From NCBI GenBank assembly GCA_964354365.1, contig CAYGZM010000004.1, forward strand, positions 1,559-65,558: a stretch of DNA of 64,000 nucleotides. The letters run 5' to 3'. Below are positions 50,984 through 58,707 of this stretch, piece after piece; the stretch's first letter is position 1, and each line of letters starts with the position of its first letter. Under the pieces are notes generated by a model. That model saw nothing but the letters and a program-made list of their open reading frames with translations, ran no database searches and was not told the origin of the DNA. This DNA is from an uncultured Pirellulales bacterium (GTDB lineage: Bacteria > Planctomycetota > Phycisphaerae > Sedimentisphaerales > Anaerobacaceae). The position numbers were made by a program, and so were the translations under genes.

Positions 50984-51212
50984 GAAATTGGGTTTGATTG
51001 GGTTTGTATTTCGTATCGCGTATTGCGTATTGCGTATCGCGGGGGGACTGTTTTTGTATCTCGTATTTCGTATTTCGTCCCGGCGTGGCGGGGGAATTGG
51101 GTTTGATTGGGTTTGTTTTTTCGAGTCGGTTGGGGAAGGTTTGTTTTCATAATTCCTTCTGATAAAGGGAGTTGCGTTGGGTTTGGCCTTGGAAGAATTG
51201 GGTTTGTTTTGC
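50984..51212. repeat. Composite repeat block: ATTGGGTTTGATTGGGTTTGT units plus heptamer arrays (CGTATTG / GTATTTC)
   Basis: ATTGGGTTTGATTGGGTTTGT occurs at about 50987 and about 51097, with a partial copy at about 51196. CGTATCGCGTATTGCGTATTGCGTATCGCG lies at about 51013-51042. GTATCTCGTATTTCGTATTTCGT lies at about 51054-51077. Confidence 0.85.
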
Positions 51213-51602
51213 AAAAAACAGGGCGATTTGTAGAGGAGTCTCTACAAGTGTAGAGGGGAGGCAAGCTGGGCAGAATGGGCGGATGGGGCAGAAGACAGAA
51301 GACAGGAGACAGAAGGGAGGAGAGAGGAGAGGGATTCCCGATGAATCGGGATGTTCGCTTTACTGCGACTTCGCTTAGACATTGATCACCTCCTATTTTG
51401 TTAGATGTATATTATACATCAAAGACAGTTGGGTGTCAAGGAAAATCCCCAATAACTGCAGACGCCGTTTTGAGCAAAGCCTGCACTGAACACAGCCGAA
51501 GTGTCGAAGCATGGTGAATCTCAAAATCACCCCCCAACCGAAGCCAGATTCGTTACAACCCCGATTAAGCCCCCGGCCCACCTTCGCCGTCGCCCCCCTT
51601 TT

Positions 51603-51679
51603 GTCATTTCGACCGAGCGCAGCGAGCGGAGAAATCTACTCAAACTCGTCATTGCGAGGCCCCGAGGGACGTGGCAATC
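51603..51679. repeat. Two adjacent family C repeats
   Basis: GTCATTTCGACCGAGCGCAGCGAGCGGAGAAATC followed by GTCATTGCGAGGCCCCGAGGGACGTGGCAATC. Confidence 0.8.
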
Positions 51680-51729
51680 TCAATCTCCCCGCTCATCGCG
51701 AACGACTCCCTTAGGGACGATGCCGGACT

Positions 51730-53232
51730 CTACGCCAGTTTGTAGGCGATTTGTTCTTCGAGGATGTCTTTAACGGTAAACGCTATTATGCTCTTGCCGC
51801 TCTTCTTGAAGAACGACTGTATTTCGCTGATTGCGTCGGATGAGAAATCGAAGGAAACAAAGAACCCTTTTGTTCGGTCTTCGCGCATCATAACGGCCTC
51901 AAAGGCATCAATATCGGGACGGCCAACCTTGTCCTTCTGCTTGACCTGGATGGGATACCATACATCCATAAAGTCCAGCTCGCCCTTCTTTTTCTTTGGC
52001 GTAGCCGAGACCGGATAAATTCGCCCATCGATACCCATATCTCCGACCTGCGCCTTATTGGGAATACCGCCCAGCGCGATGACCGCCCAGTTCTCAAATT
52101 CAAACGGCGGAATCTTGCGAAGCTGCTCCTCGCTCCACGGCAGGTCGCGCACGACAAAGCCCCGGCCAATCCGCCAGAGCTTTTCATCTTCTTTCATACC
52201 GCAGACACCCCGCAAACGCTTTGCCATTACCCGGCAGGCGGTCGGCGAAATATCAATACCAATCCATTGCCTGCCCAGATTTTCAGCAGCAACGAGGGCA
52301 GTACCGCACCCGCAAAAAGCGTCGAGAACAATATCGTTTGGATTAGAGCTTGCCTTGATGATCCGCTCTAATAACGCGAGCGGTTTTTGGGTTGGGTAGC
52401 CGAGGCGTTCGGCTGATTGAGCTTGTATAGGCGGAATGTCACCCCAAATACTATCAACCGGATTCCCTTCCTGCTCATCCAAGTAGCGTTTCAATGCGGG
52501 AACAGCACCGGGTTTGGTTTGGATAACGAGACCCTTTTCATAAGCCTCTTGCATACGCTCTTTTGTCCAGCGCCAGACGCGTTTAACACCGAGGAATTCA
52601 TAGGTGAGATTGGGTCTGTCCTTGTTGGGGTTTGTTAAATCAGCTAACCGATAACACCGTCCAGTTTCAGGTTCAACATATTTGTAAAAAGATTCGACAT
52701 AATCTTTGTTGTGGGGCAGGTATTGGCGATTAAAGGTATAGTCATTGCTTTTAGTGTAATAAAAAATTGTGTCATGGTCGTTCGGAAAAGAACGGAAAGC
52801 CAGTCCTTTGGCATTAGTTCGACGCCAGACAATTTCCGTCTGAAACTGGTTTTGGCTGAAAATCTGGTCGAGCATAATTTTGACGTAATGTGACGCGTGC
52901 CAGTCGCAGTGGTAATAGAACGAGCCGGATTTCTTCAAGACGCGGTGAAGTTCCACGCAGCGCGGCCGCATAAAGTCGATATAGGCCTGCGTCGATGCGT
53001 GGCGGTCTTCGAATGCGCGTTTTTCCTTTGTCTCGCCCCAGAAGACTTCATAATTGCGGTTGGAGTTAAAAGGCGGGTCGATATAAATCAGGTCAATGCA
53101 CTCATCAGGAAATTTTTTCAACTGATCGAGATTATCGCCACAGTAAATGACCCTCGTATCGACCAAAGCCGAGGGCCTGCCGCCCGCCGGGGTTTTCATA
53201 GAATCGGATGCAGTTTTCTTTGCCATAGGCAA
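51730..53232 (-). CDS. DNA N6-adenine/N4-cytosine methyltransferase (beta-class) fused to a C-terminal Mrr-like PD-(D/E)xK nuclease domain
   Basis: Motif IV IDLIYIDPPFNSN precedes motif I VLDAFCGCGTALVAAENLGRQWIGIDIS, which is the beta permutation. The C-terminal 130 aa (GDMGIDGRIY ... VWYPIQVKQKD ... DIDAFEAVMMRE) resemble the restriction-endonuclease (Mrr_cat) fold. G+C is lower than the surrounding genes by eye. Confidence 0.85.
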   Translation of the reverse strand: MPMAKKTASDSMKTPAGGRPSALVDTRVIYCGDNLDQLKKFPDECIDLIYIDPPFNSNRNYEVFWGETKEKRAFEDRHASTQAYIDFMRPRCVELHRVLKKSGSFYYHCDWHASHYVKIMLDQIFSQNQFQTEIVWRRTNAKGLAFRSFPNDHDTIFYYTKSNDYTFNRQYLPHNKDYVESFYKYVEPETGRCYRLADLTNPNKDRPNLTYEFLGVKRVWRWTKERMQEAYEKGLVIQTKPGAVPALKRYLDEQEGNPVDSIWGDIPPIQAQSAERLGYPTQKPLALLERIIKASSNPNDIVLDAFCGCGTALVAAENLGRQWIGIDISPTACRVMAKRLRGVCGMKEDEKLWRIGRGFVVRDLPWSEEQLRKIPPFEFENWAVIALGGIPNKAQVGDMGIDGRIYPVSATPKKKKGELDFMDVWYPIQVKQKDKVGRPDIDAFEAVMMREDRTKGFFVSFDFSSDAISEIQSFFKKSGKSIIAFTVKDILEEQIAYKLA

Positions 53233-53401
53233 TTAGTTTAAACCCCGCCCAATAATTTGCAAGTGCCTACTGGCGAAAAAGAATTCATCCCGTTAAACTA
53301 CAAAGAAAATACGCAGGGATAGCCACCCACTCATAAATGGCTGGTGACGGTGCACAGGAAACGGCGACTGTCCCTGGATTTCTTAACGCTCAAAGGCTTA
53401 T

Positions 53402-54961
53402 ATGGCCATTCATGAAGAATTATTTAAAGAATTGATGCTGCATGAGTTTGCAACTGTAACCGATGAGAATTTAGCAAAGTTGGGGGCACTGATAGACACT
53501 TCAACTGATTTGCAAAAAACGGAAGGTCTCAATTATGCCAAAACCAAAATAGCAAATTTGCTTTCGTCAAATTTAGATAATGATCACAAAGCAATACTTT
53601 ATTTTTATTTCGCCAATATATGGGAAGGATTACGTGTACTGAAGACTAAAGATACTCAAGCAAGTTGGGATTGGCATCAAGAAGAAATTGAACAAACAAT
53701 ATTAAATTTAAGATTATCAGCTAAATATTCCTCTGATAAGTTCCCGTATTTATGCCCGGTACACACAAATTTGGGGAATATGTTTAGCCATATTGGCCGT
53801 TTTGTTGAAGCTATAGATTATTGGAATGCTGCTTTGAAAGTTTGTGATAGCTTTGCAATGGCTATCGCAAATAAAGGCTATGGCTTAAGTTCATATGCTT
53901 ATGCAATATATGATAGCGGTCACAAACTTATCTTTCTTAAATTTGCATACGATTACTTGAAGCAAGGCTTAAAAGGAAAATATCTACATGAAACTGCCAT
54001 TATTTCATTCCAAAAAATATCTAAAGATATAGAAGGCAGGGTCAATAAAGAATATTTGGAATCGGAAATTACCTTACCTGATTATAAATTAGGCAAAACA
54101 ATCGCTGAAAAAAACTATCGAAAATGGTGCCTCCAAAAGTGTCTTTTTCTCAATCCACTCAACGATTTAGGTCCTTTCAGTATTGCAGCCAGAGATATTT
54201 TACACTGTCCTTCAATAACTACAACTATTTCCGAACATGATTCACCAAATCCGCCAGTTTATTATGCTTTTTATAATCAGCTTAAGCAAGAGTATGTCTC
54301 GGCAAGGTTCCTTTTATATGAATGTCTAAAATCCAATAAATCCCACTTTTCTGACCGAGACGTTCTAATATATAATACGCTTGATTACTCCTGTTTCGGT
54401 CTAAATGTCGAACAAGCAAAGATTTCCTTTAGAATGATCTATTCATTATTTGACAAAATTGCATTCTTTCTTAATTGTTATCTCAAATTACAAGTACCAG
54501 ATCGGAATATAGCTTTTAAAACCATTTGGTACAATAACCAACACAGAGCCGAAGGCTTACACAAAATATTTAGCCAAATGCGTAACTGGCCATTTCGAGG
54601 CTTATTTTGGCTTGCAAAAGACTTATCTGAACAGCGAACCGAGTTTGCAGATTCTATTGAACCAGACGCGCAAGATCTCGTCACAATACGAAATTTTATC
54701 GAACATAAATTTTTAACTCTACATCAAATGGATTTAGTAAACTTTATAGAACCTCAAACTAAGGATGTTACTTATCCAGTCTATTTCCAAGATTTCGCAG
54801 ATAAAACTTTGAGGCTTATGAAATTAGCTAGAGCGGCATTGATATATTTGTCACTAGGTGTTCATATTGAGGAAAAGAAAAAACATACCAATGGTGAATC
54901 CCAAATAATCGGTCAAATGCCGCTAACTGCATGGGAAGATAGCTGGAAAACCCATTTTTAA
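53402..54961 (+). CDS. TPR-like N-domain + C-terminal HEPN domain protein (LA2681-like HEPN family candidate)
   Basis: 519 aa. Strongly AT-rich codon usage. The C-terminal region MIYSLFDKIAFFLNCYLKL ... WPFRGLFWLAKDL ... VTIRNFIEHKFLTLH contains the HEPN Rx4H motif (RNFIEH). The N-terminal half is helical-repeat-like (HTNLGNMFSHIGRFVEAIDYWNAALKVCD). Confidence 0.7.
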   Translation: MAIHEELFKELMLHEFATVTDENLAKLGALIDTSTDLQKTEGLNYAKTKIANLLSSNLDNDHKAILYFYFANIWEGLRVLKTKDTQASWDWHQEEIEQTILNLRLSAKYSSDKFPYLCPVHTNLGNMFSHIGRFVEAIDYWNAALKVCDSFAMAIANKGYGLSSYAYAIYDSGHKLIFLKFAYDYLKQGLKGKYLHETAIISFQKISKDIEGRVNKEYLESEITLPDYKLGKTIAEKNYRKWCLQKCLFLNPLNDLGPFSIAARDILHCPSITTTISEHDSPNPPVYYAFYNQLKQEYVSARFLLYECLKSNKSHFSDRDVLIYNTLDYSCFGLNVEQAKISFRMIYSLFDKIAFFLNCYLKLQVPDRNIAFKTIWYNNQHRAEGLHKIFSQMRNWPFRGLFWLAKDLSEQRTEFADSIEPDAQDLVTIRNFIEHKFLTLHQMDLVNFIEPQTKDVTYPVYFQDFADKTLRLMKLARAALIYLSLGVHIEEKKKHTNGESQIIGQMPLTAWEDSWKTHF

Positions 54962-55213
54962 TAATAACTATTTTTTGCAAAACAGTTAATTTGCTATGTC
55001 CGCACAAACTTCAAGCTTGTAGGATAGGTAATTCATTGCCCATGCTGTTTAGGGAAATATAAAAAAACCGCAAAAATCCCTTGTCCACCGCAGGCGGATT
55101 TATCTGCCGCATAATATCCGTTAACGAACTACGAACAATGAACTACGAACCCCGCCTTCGGCGGGCCTTCAAGACTTCACAAACTTGCCCCGCCTGCGAA
55201 TTTCTGATCCTCA

Positions 55214-56401
55214 TCAGTCGTGTGCTTGTGATGTATTTCGAACGTCGTCGAAAAATGGCGTCTTTCTCTGCTCTACGCAGGCCACAGCGTATAAATACAT
55301 CGCCGCCGACCAGGTCTGCCAGTCCTCGCCGTGCGGCGTCCCATCCTGCGCCCTGCACCACTCATTGAACCCGAACTCGACGTCGGCCAGTCGCGCCGGA
55401 CGAACAAGATGCGTAAGGGCAATCAGCTTTTTTTCGGCCAGCCGATACCTCCCCGCCGCCACCAGCGCCGCAATGTAGAATCCGCTGATAAAAGGCCAGA
55501 CTCCCCCGTTGTGGTATTCGCCGGGCTGGTTGTACCGCCTGTATCTCGGCATCCAGTCCGGGTCGCCCGGCCGGACATAGGGGAAAAAATTCGGCGGCAG
55601 ATCAACCACTAATTCATCATTTCTCCGCAATTCTTTACATTCCGCTTCTATCCACGAAACAAGCTCTTTTGCTCTCGTCCGAGTCGCAATCCCGCTGAGA
55701 ATCGCCAGACTGTTGCCTAAAAGGTCAAAACGCTCGCTCCCATAGACCTTGTACGACCACATCGCAAAATAGGGCTTGTACCGCAGCACCAGGCCTTCGT
55801 GCACGTGCCGGTGCTGCCTTTCGCCTTTTACCGTGAAGTGCCCCATCATCTCGCGAAGCACGGACGCACGCTCGTGCTGCTCGAATAGCCGCAGATAGGT
55901 ATAAACCACCGTATTGACGTACAAGCCGTAACCCAGCACCCACTGCTCATCGCGCCAATCGCTGGTCGGCAGCTGTGCCACAAGAACACGGTCCGAAGGG
56001 CTCTGATATTTCATCCATCCCATTGCCTTACGCACCGTGCGCTCGAGAAAATCGCTCTCGCCGGTCACCTTGCGAAAAATACCCACGGCCATCAAAAACA
56101 ATGGCGTGCAATCACTTGCCCCGCGGTCTTCGGGGTCGTGAACCAGAGATGGAATATGCCCGTGTCTGCTCTGGTTCTGCGCGACAGTCTCAAGCACCCT
56201 TCGCAGAGACTTGATCAGTTTCTTACTGCCCGAGACCAGTACTCCGAGCGATGAGATCATCAAGTCCCGTGTATAAGGTTCCGGGTATCCCCAGCCAGCC
56301 GTCCTCGGCAGCCCACGGAATGGGCCGTGAGCGTTATGCAGCAGGACTTTCAACGCAGCATCCCTTGCGCGCTCGATCAACCGCCAGTCGCGTTTTTCCA
56401 T
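55214..56401 (-). CDS. (alpha/alpha)6-barrel glycoside hydrolase (glycogen-debranching GDE_C / neutral-invertase GH100-like)
   Basis: YNQPGEYHNGGVWPFISGFYIAALVAAG matches the YHNG(G/T)xWP motif of these families. I prefer the start at ATG 56401, 1 nt after the TAA of the upstream GT4 gene. The ORF is open to 56440. Confidence 0.7.
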   Translation of the reverse strand: MEKRDWRLIERARDAALKVLLHNAHGPFRGLPRTAGWGYPEPYTRDLMISSLGVLVSGSKKLIKSLRRVLETVAQNQSRHGHIPSLVHDPEDRGASDCTPLFLMAVGIFRKVTGESDFLERTVRKAMGWMKYQSPSDRVLVAQLPTSDWRDEQWVLGYGLYVNTVVYTYLRLFEQHERASVLREMMGHFTVKGERQHRHVHEGLVLRYKPYFAMWSYKVYGSERFDLLGNSLAILSGIATRTRAKELVSWIEAECKELRRNDELVVDLPPNFFPYVRPGDPDWMPRYRRYNQPGEYHNGGVWPFISGFYIAALVAAGRYRLAEKKLIALTHLVRPARLADVEFGFNEWCRAQDGTPHGEDWQTWSAAMYLYAVACVEQRKTPFFDDVRNTSQAHD

Positions 56402-56402
56402 C

Positions 56403-57545
56403 TTAGGAGATCCCCAGCCGCTTAGAGATAATTTCGACAAACCTTTTGGCTACGACACGATAGTCGAAGTACTCGACCGCGCGTTTTCTGCCGGCCTGGC
56501 CCATCTTCTTTCGCAACTTGGCGTCCTGCATCAGCTCCATAAGATAGTTCGCAATATCGTGCACACTGGCCCGGTAATCAACCGTTCGCGGTTTGTCGAA
56601 GACCACTCGCTGTCTATCCTGGTATCCGGACTCACCCCCAACAGTCGCTTCCTTCAGCCTGATTTCCTGGGCCACGCCCGCCAGAAATGCGGTTTGCCGG
56701 TGGACCATCGTATCGAGCATTCCCATCGCCTTGATGCCTATGACCGGCTTTCCGCAGGCGCCGGCTTCGACCTGAATCATCCCGAATCCTTCAAGGCGTG
56801 ACGGCGCGGCGTATATATCACACGCGGCCAGGAGATACGGCATGAAGTTTCGAGAGATAACGTTTGTTGTGTAAACGACGTTCTTCTCTATGCCCAACTG
56901 CGTCGCAAGCTGCAAATCAATAAGGTTCTGCTGCTCGGTGCGCGGCTGAGGCCAGACCTTGCACACATATTTCCAGTCGGGCGCCTTGGTGTCGTTGATT
57001 GCCAGGGCCTGCATGACCTCCTGAGCGCCTTTGGATGTTGCATCTCCGCCCACGGTAAGAACCATAATCTGATCAGGGGCCACTCCCAGCGCCTCCCTGA
57101 CCGCAACCACCTTAGGGTCGTTCTTGTCGCGAGGAATAAAAGAGTCGGTATCACATCCGACCGGGAGAACCTCGATGTTTTCGCCGCTCAACCCGTCTCT
57201 CACATACACCTTCTTGACCCACCTGGAAGTGACGAGAATCAGCGGCAGAGCATTAAGAATCTCGTGATAGTTCGCCATATAGCCGTCGGCAACCAGCCAG
57301 GGAACAGGCTGCACGCCGTACCGCTGAGGGTGAAGCACCAAATGAGGCGTATGCCCCCAATAGCCGACTCCGACCACGACATCCGGCTCGAACCAGCGAT
57401 AGTACCATTCTTTCTCCTGTCCGGATTCGAAGTGCACCGAATGGACCTCAATACCCAGTTCCTGCAGGCCTTTGTGGAGCAGGTTACCCTGTGTGGCCAA
57501 TCCTGCCGGCGAGGGGGGATAATCGTACATTACAAGCACTTTCAT
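56403..57545 (-). CDS. GT4-family glycosyltransferase
   Basis: MKVLVMYDYPPSPAGLATQGNLLHKGL ... YAAPSRLEGFGMIQVEAGACGKPVIGI carries the E-x7-E retaining GT-B signature. Confidence 0.85.
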   Translation of the reverse strand: MKVLVMYDYPPSPAGLATQGNLLHKGLQELGIEVHSVHFESGQEKEWYYRWFEPDVVVGVGYWGHTPHLVLHPQRYGVQPVPWLVADGYMANYHEILNALPLILVTSRWVKKVYVRDGLSGENIEVLPVGCDTDSFIPRDKNDPKVVAVREALGVAPDQIMVLTVGGDATSKGAQEVMQALAINDTKAPDWKYVCKVWPQPRTEQQNLIDLQLATQLGIEKNVVYTTNVISRNFMPYLLAACDIYAAPSRLEGFGMIQVEAGACGKPVIGIKAMGMLDTMVHRQTAFLAGVAQEIRLKEATVGGESGYQDRQRVVFDKPRTVDYRASVHDIANYLMELMQDAKLRKKMGQAGRKRAVEYFDYRVVAKRFVEIISKRLGIS

Positions 57546-57658
57546 TGTCCAAGGCTCCTGTCACTCAAGATATATGTGAACTTGTTACTACTCAAACTGA
57601 CTGGTTTTCAAGAAAACGGCACGATAAGTCCTTATGCGACAGCAATATAACACAGTGT

Positions 57659-57770
57659 GTCATTCCCGCGAAACTTGTCCTCGACCTGATCGGGGAGCGG
57701 GAATCCACTCAGCCAGCAGACTACTGGATACCTGCTTTCGCAGGTATGACAAGGCTTCGCAGGTATGACA
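57659..57770. repeat. Family C repeats (GTCATTCCCGCGAAA ... GGGAATCC ... CCTGCTTTCGCAGGTATGACA)
   Basis: Directly visible hairpins. The terminal CGCAGGTATGACAAGG unit is duplicated. Confidence 0.8.
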
Positions 57771-57794
57771 AGGCGAGCCAGTCAGTTTGAGTTA

Positions 57795-58421
57795 CTACTT
57801 TTTTGTCCCCAGCCGCCAAAAAGCCTCCTGCTTAGGAGTCGTTCGCGCCTCAAAACTCTCAGGGCCAAAACCATAGATTTTGCTTATAAGGTCATATTTG
57901 GCCTGCCAGATTTCTTCGGGAAGGTTCACTATCAAATCTGCATCCCGCTTTGGGCGAGGCAGGTACTTTCCGCCGCCGTCTTCGTATGCAAACATCCGCA
58001 GTTCTCTGGCGGACAGCCGCCCGCTGTCACGTAACGCGATAACGGCCTTTGCCACTTCTTCGTGCCTCAAATGGCGCGTATATTCGCCCCAAAGCCCGTG
58101 AGTGATAACCAAATCGAACCTGTCCGAAGGCAGCAGTGACATCACTGTGTTCTGCACATCGCGCGCAGGCAGAGGCGACTGCTCGGGTCCGTCGTCGAGG
58201 TCGCCCATTTGCCCCGACGCGTTCAACCGCTCAAGAGCTTTGGAGAATTTCTGGGCGCGGTCCCGGTCGCTTGCCCGACAGAGCGTAAGGATAGTCCATT
58301 TACTCTCCGAGTGCATGAGTATCGTCCCGCCGGCCCATAAAGTCTCGTCGTCCGGATGAGCTACAATTACGGCACAATTATGAAAGTCAAAGACCTGATG
58401 ATGTGCTTTTGGTTCAACCAT
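57795..58421 (-). CDS. PIG-L/LmbE-family N-acetylglucosaminyl deacetylase
   Basis: VIVAHPDDETLWAGGTILMH is the family motif. A downstream HGLWGEYTRH provides His ligands. Confidence 0.85.
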   Translation of the reverse strand: MVEPKAHHQVFDFHNCAVIVAHPDDETLWAGGTILMHSESKWTILTLCRASDRDRAQKFSKALERLNASGQMGDLDDGPEQSPLPARDVQNTVMSLLPSDRFDLVITHGLWGEYTRHLRHEEVAKAVIALRDSGRLSARELRMFAYEDGGGKYLPRPKRDADLIVNLPEEIWQAKYDLISKIYGFGPESFEARTTPKQEAFWRLGTKK

Positions 58422-58594
58422 ATTCTCAAATGTTAAAGACGAATCTTCAATCGCTCAGCATGTTACACTTGCTCGCAAATGCATCCACAGTCAACACGTA
58501 AAGTCGCCCAAAGCTGCAGAGACTCCAAGAGGCTGTAATGCTCTGTAGAGCAAGGCTGTAACAAAATGTGTTTTTCCACGAAATCAAGGCTTCT

Positions 58595-58666
58595 GGATTC
58601 CCGCTCCTTCGATCCTTCGGCAGGCTCAGGACAGGCTTTGCTCAGGACGGGTTTCGCGGGAATGAC
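58595..58666. repeat. Family C repeat (GGATTCCCGC ... GCGGGAATGAC)
   Basis: GGATTCCCGCTCCTTCGATCCTTCGGCAGGCTCAGGACAGGCTTTGCTCAGGACGGGTTTCGCGGGAATGAC. Confidence 0.8.
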
Positions 58667-58707
58667 AGAAAGGCACCTTCCTTTTGTTAGATGCTTCCAA
58701 GATTTTT

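Noticed and set aside
50984-51080. The tandem short repeats here, and those at 34654-34695, were considered as a possible CRISPR array.
   Set aside because: The units are 7 nt (or about 21 nt) with no unique spacers of 25-40 nt. No cas genes are in the window.
50668-51264. 198-aa ORF (plus the overlapping 131-aa and 77-aa ORFs) in the 50.8-51.3 kb region.
   Set aside because: The peptide (…KTNPILPRPNPTQ… RNTRYEIQTQSNPI…) is simply the translation of the ATTGGGTTTG and CGTATTT heptamer repeats. There is no start context and no domain.
51378-51392. TGATCACCTCCTA resembles the 3' end of 16S rRNA (anti-Shine-Dalgarno).
   Set aside because: No other rRNA sequence surrounds it. It is the complement of a Shine-Dalgarno sequence for a short minus-strand ORF, and is reported as such in the findings.
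55151-55165. The GC hairpin CCCGCC-TTC-GGCGGG between the HEPN gene and the GH gene was considered as a bidirectional terminator.
   Set aside because: It has only a 6-bp stem and no clear U-tract on either strand. It is embedded in a GAACTACGAAC direct-repeat element, so it is more likely part of a repeat than a dedicated terminator.
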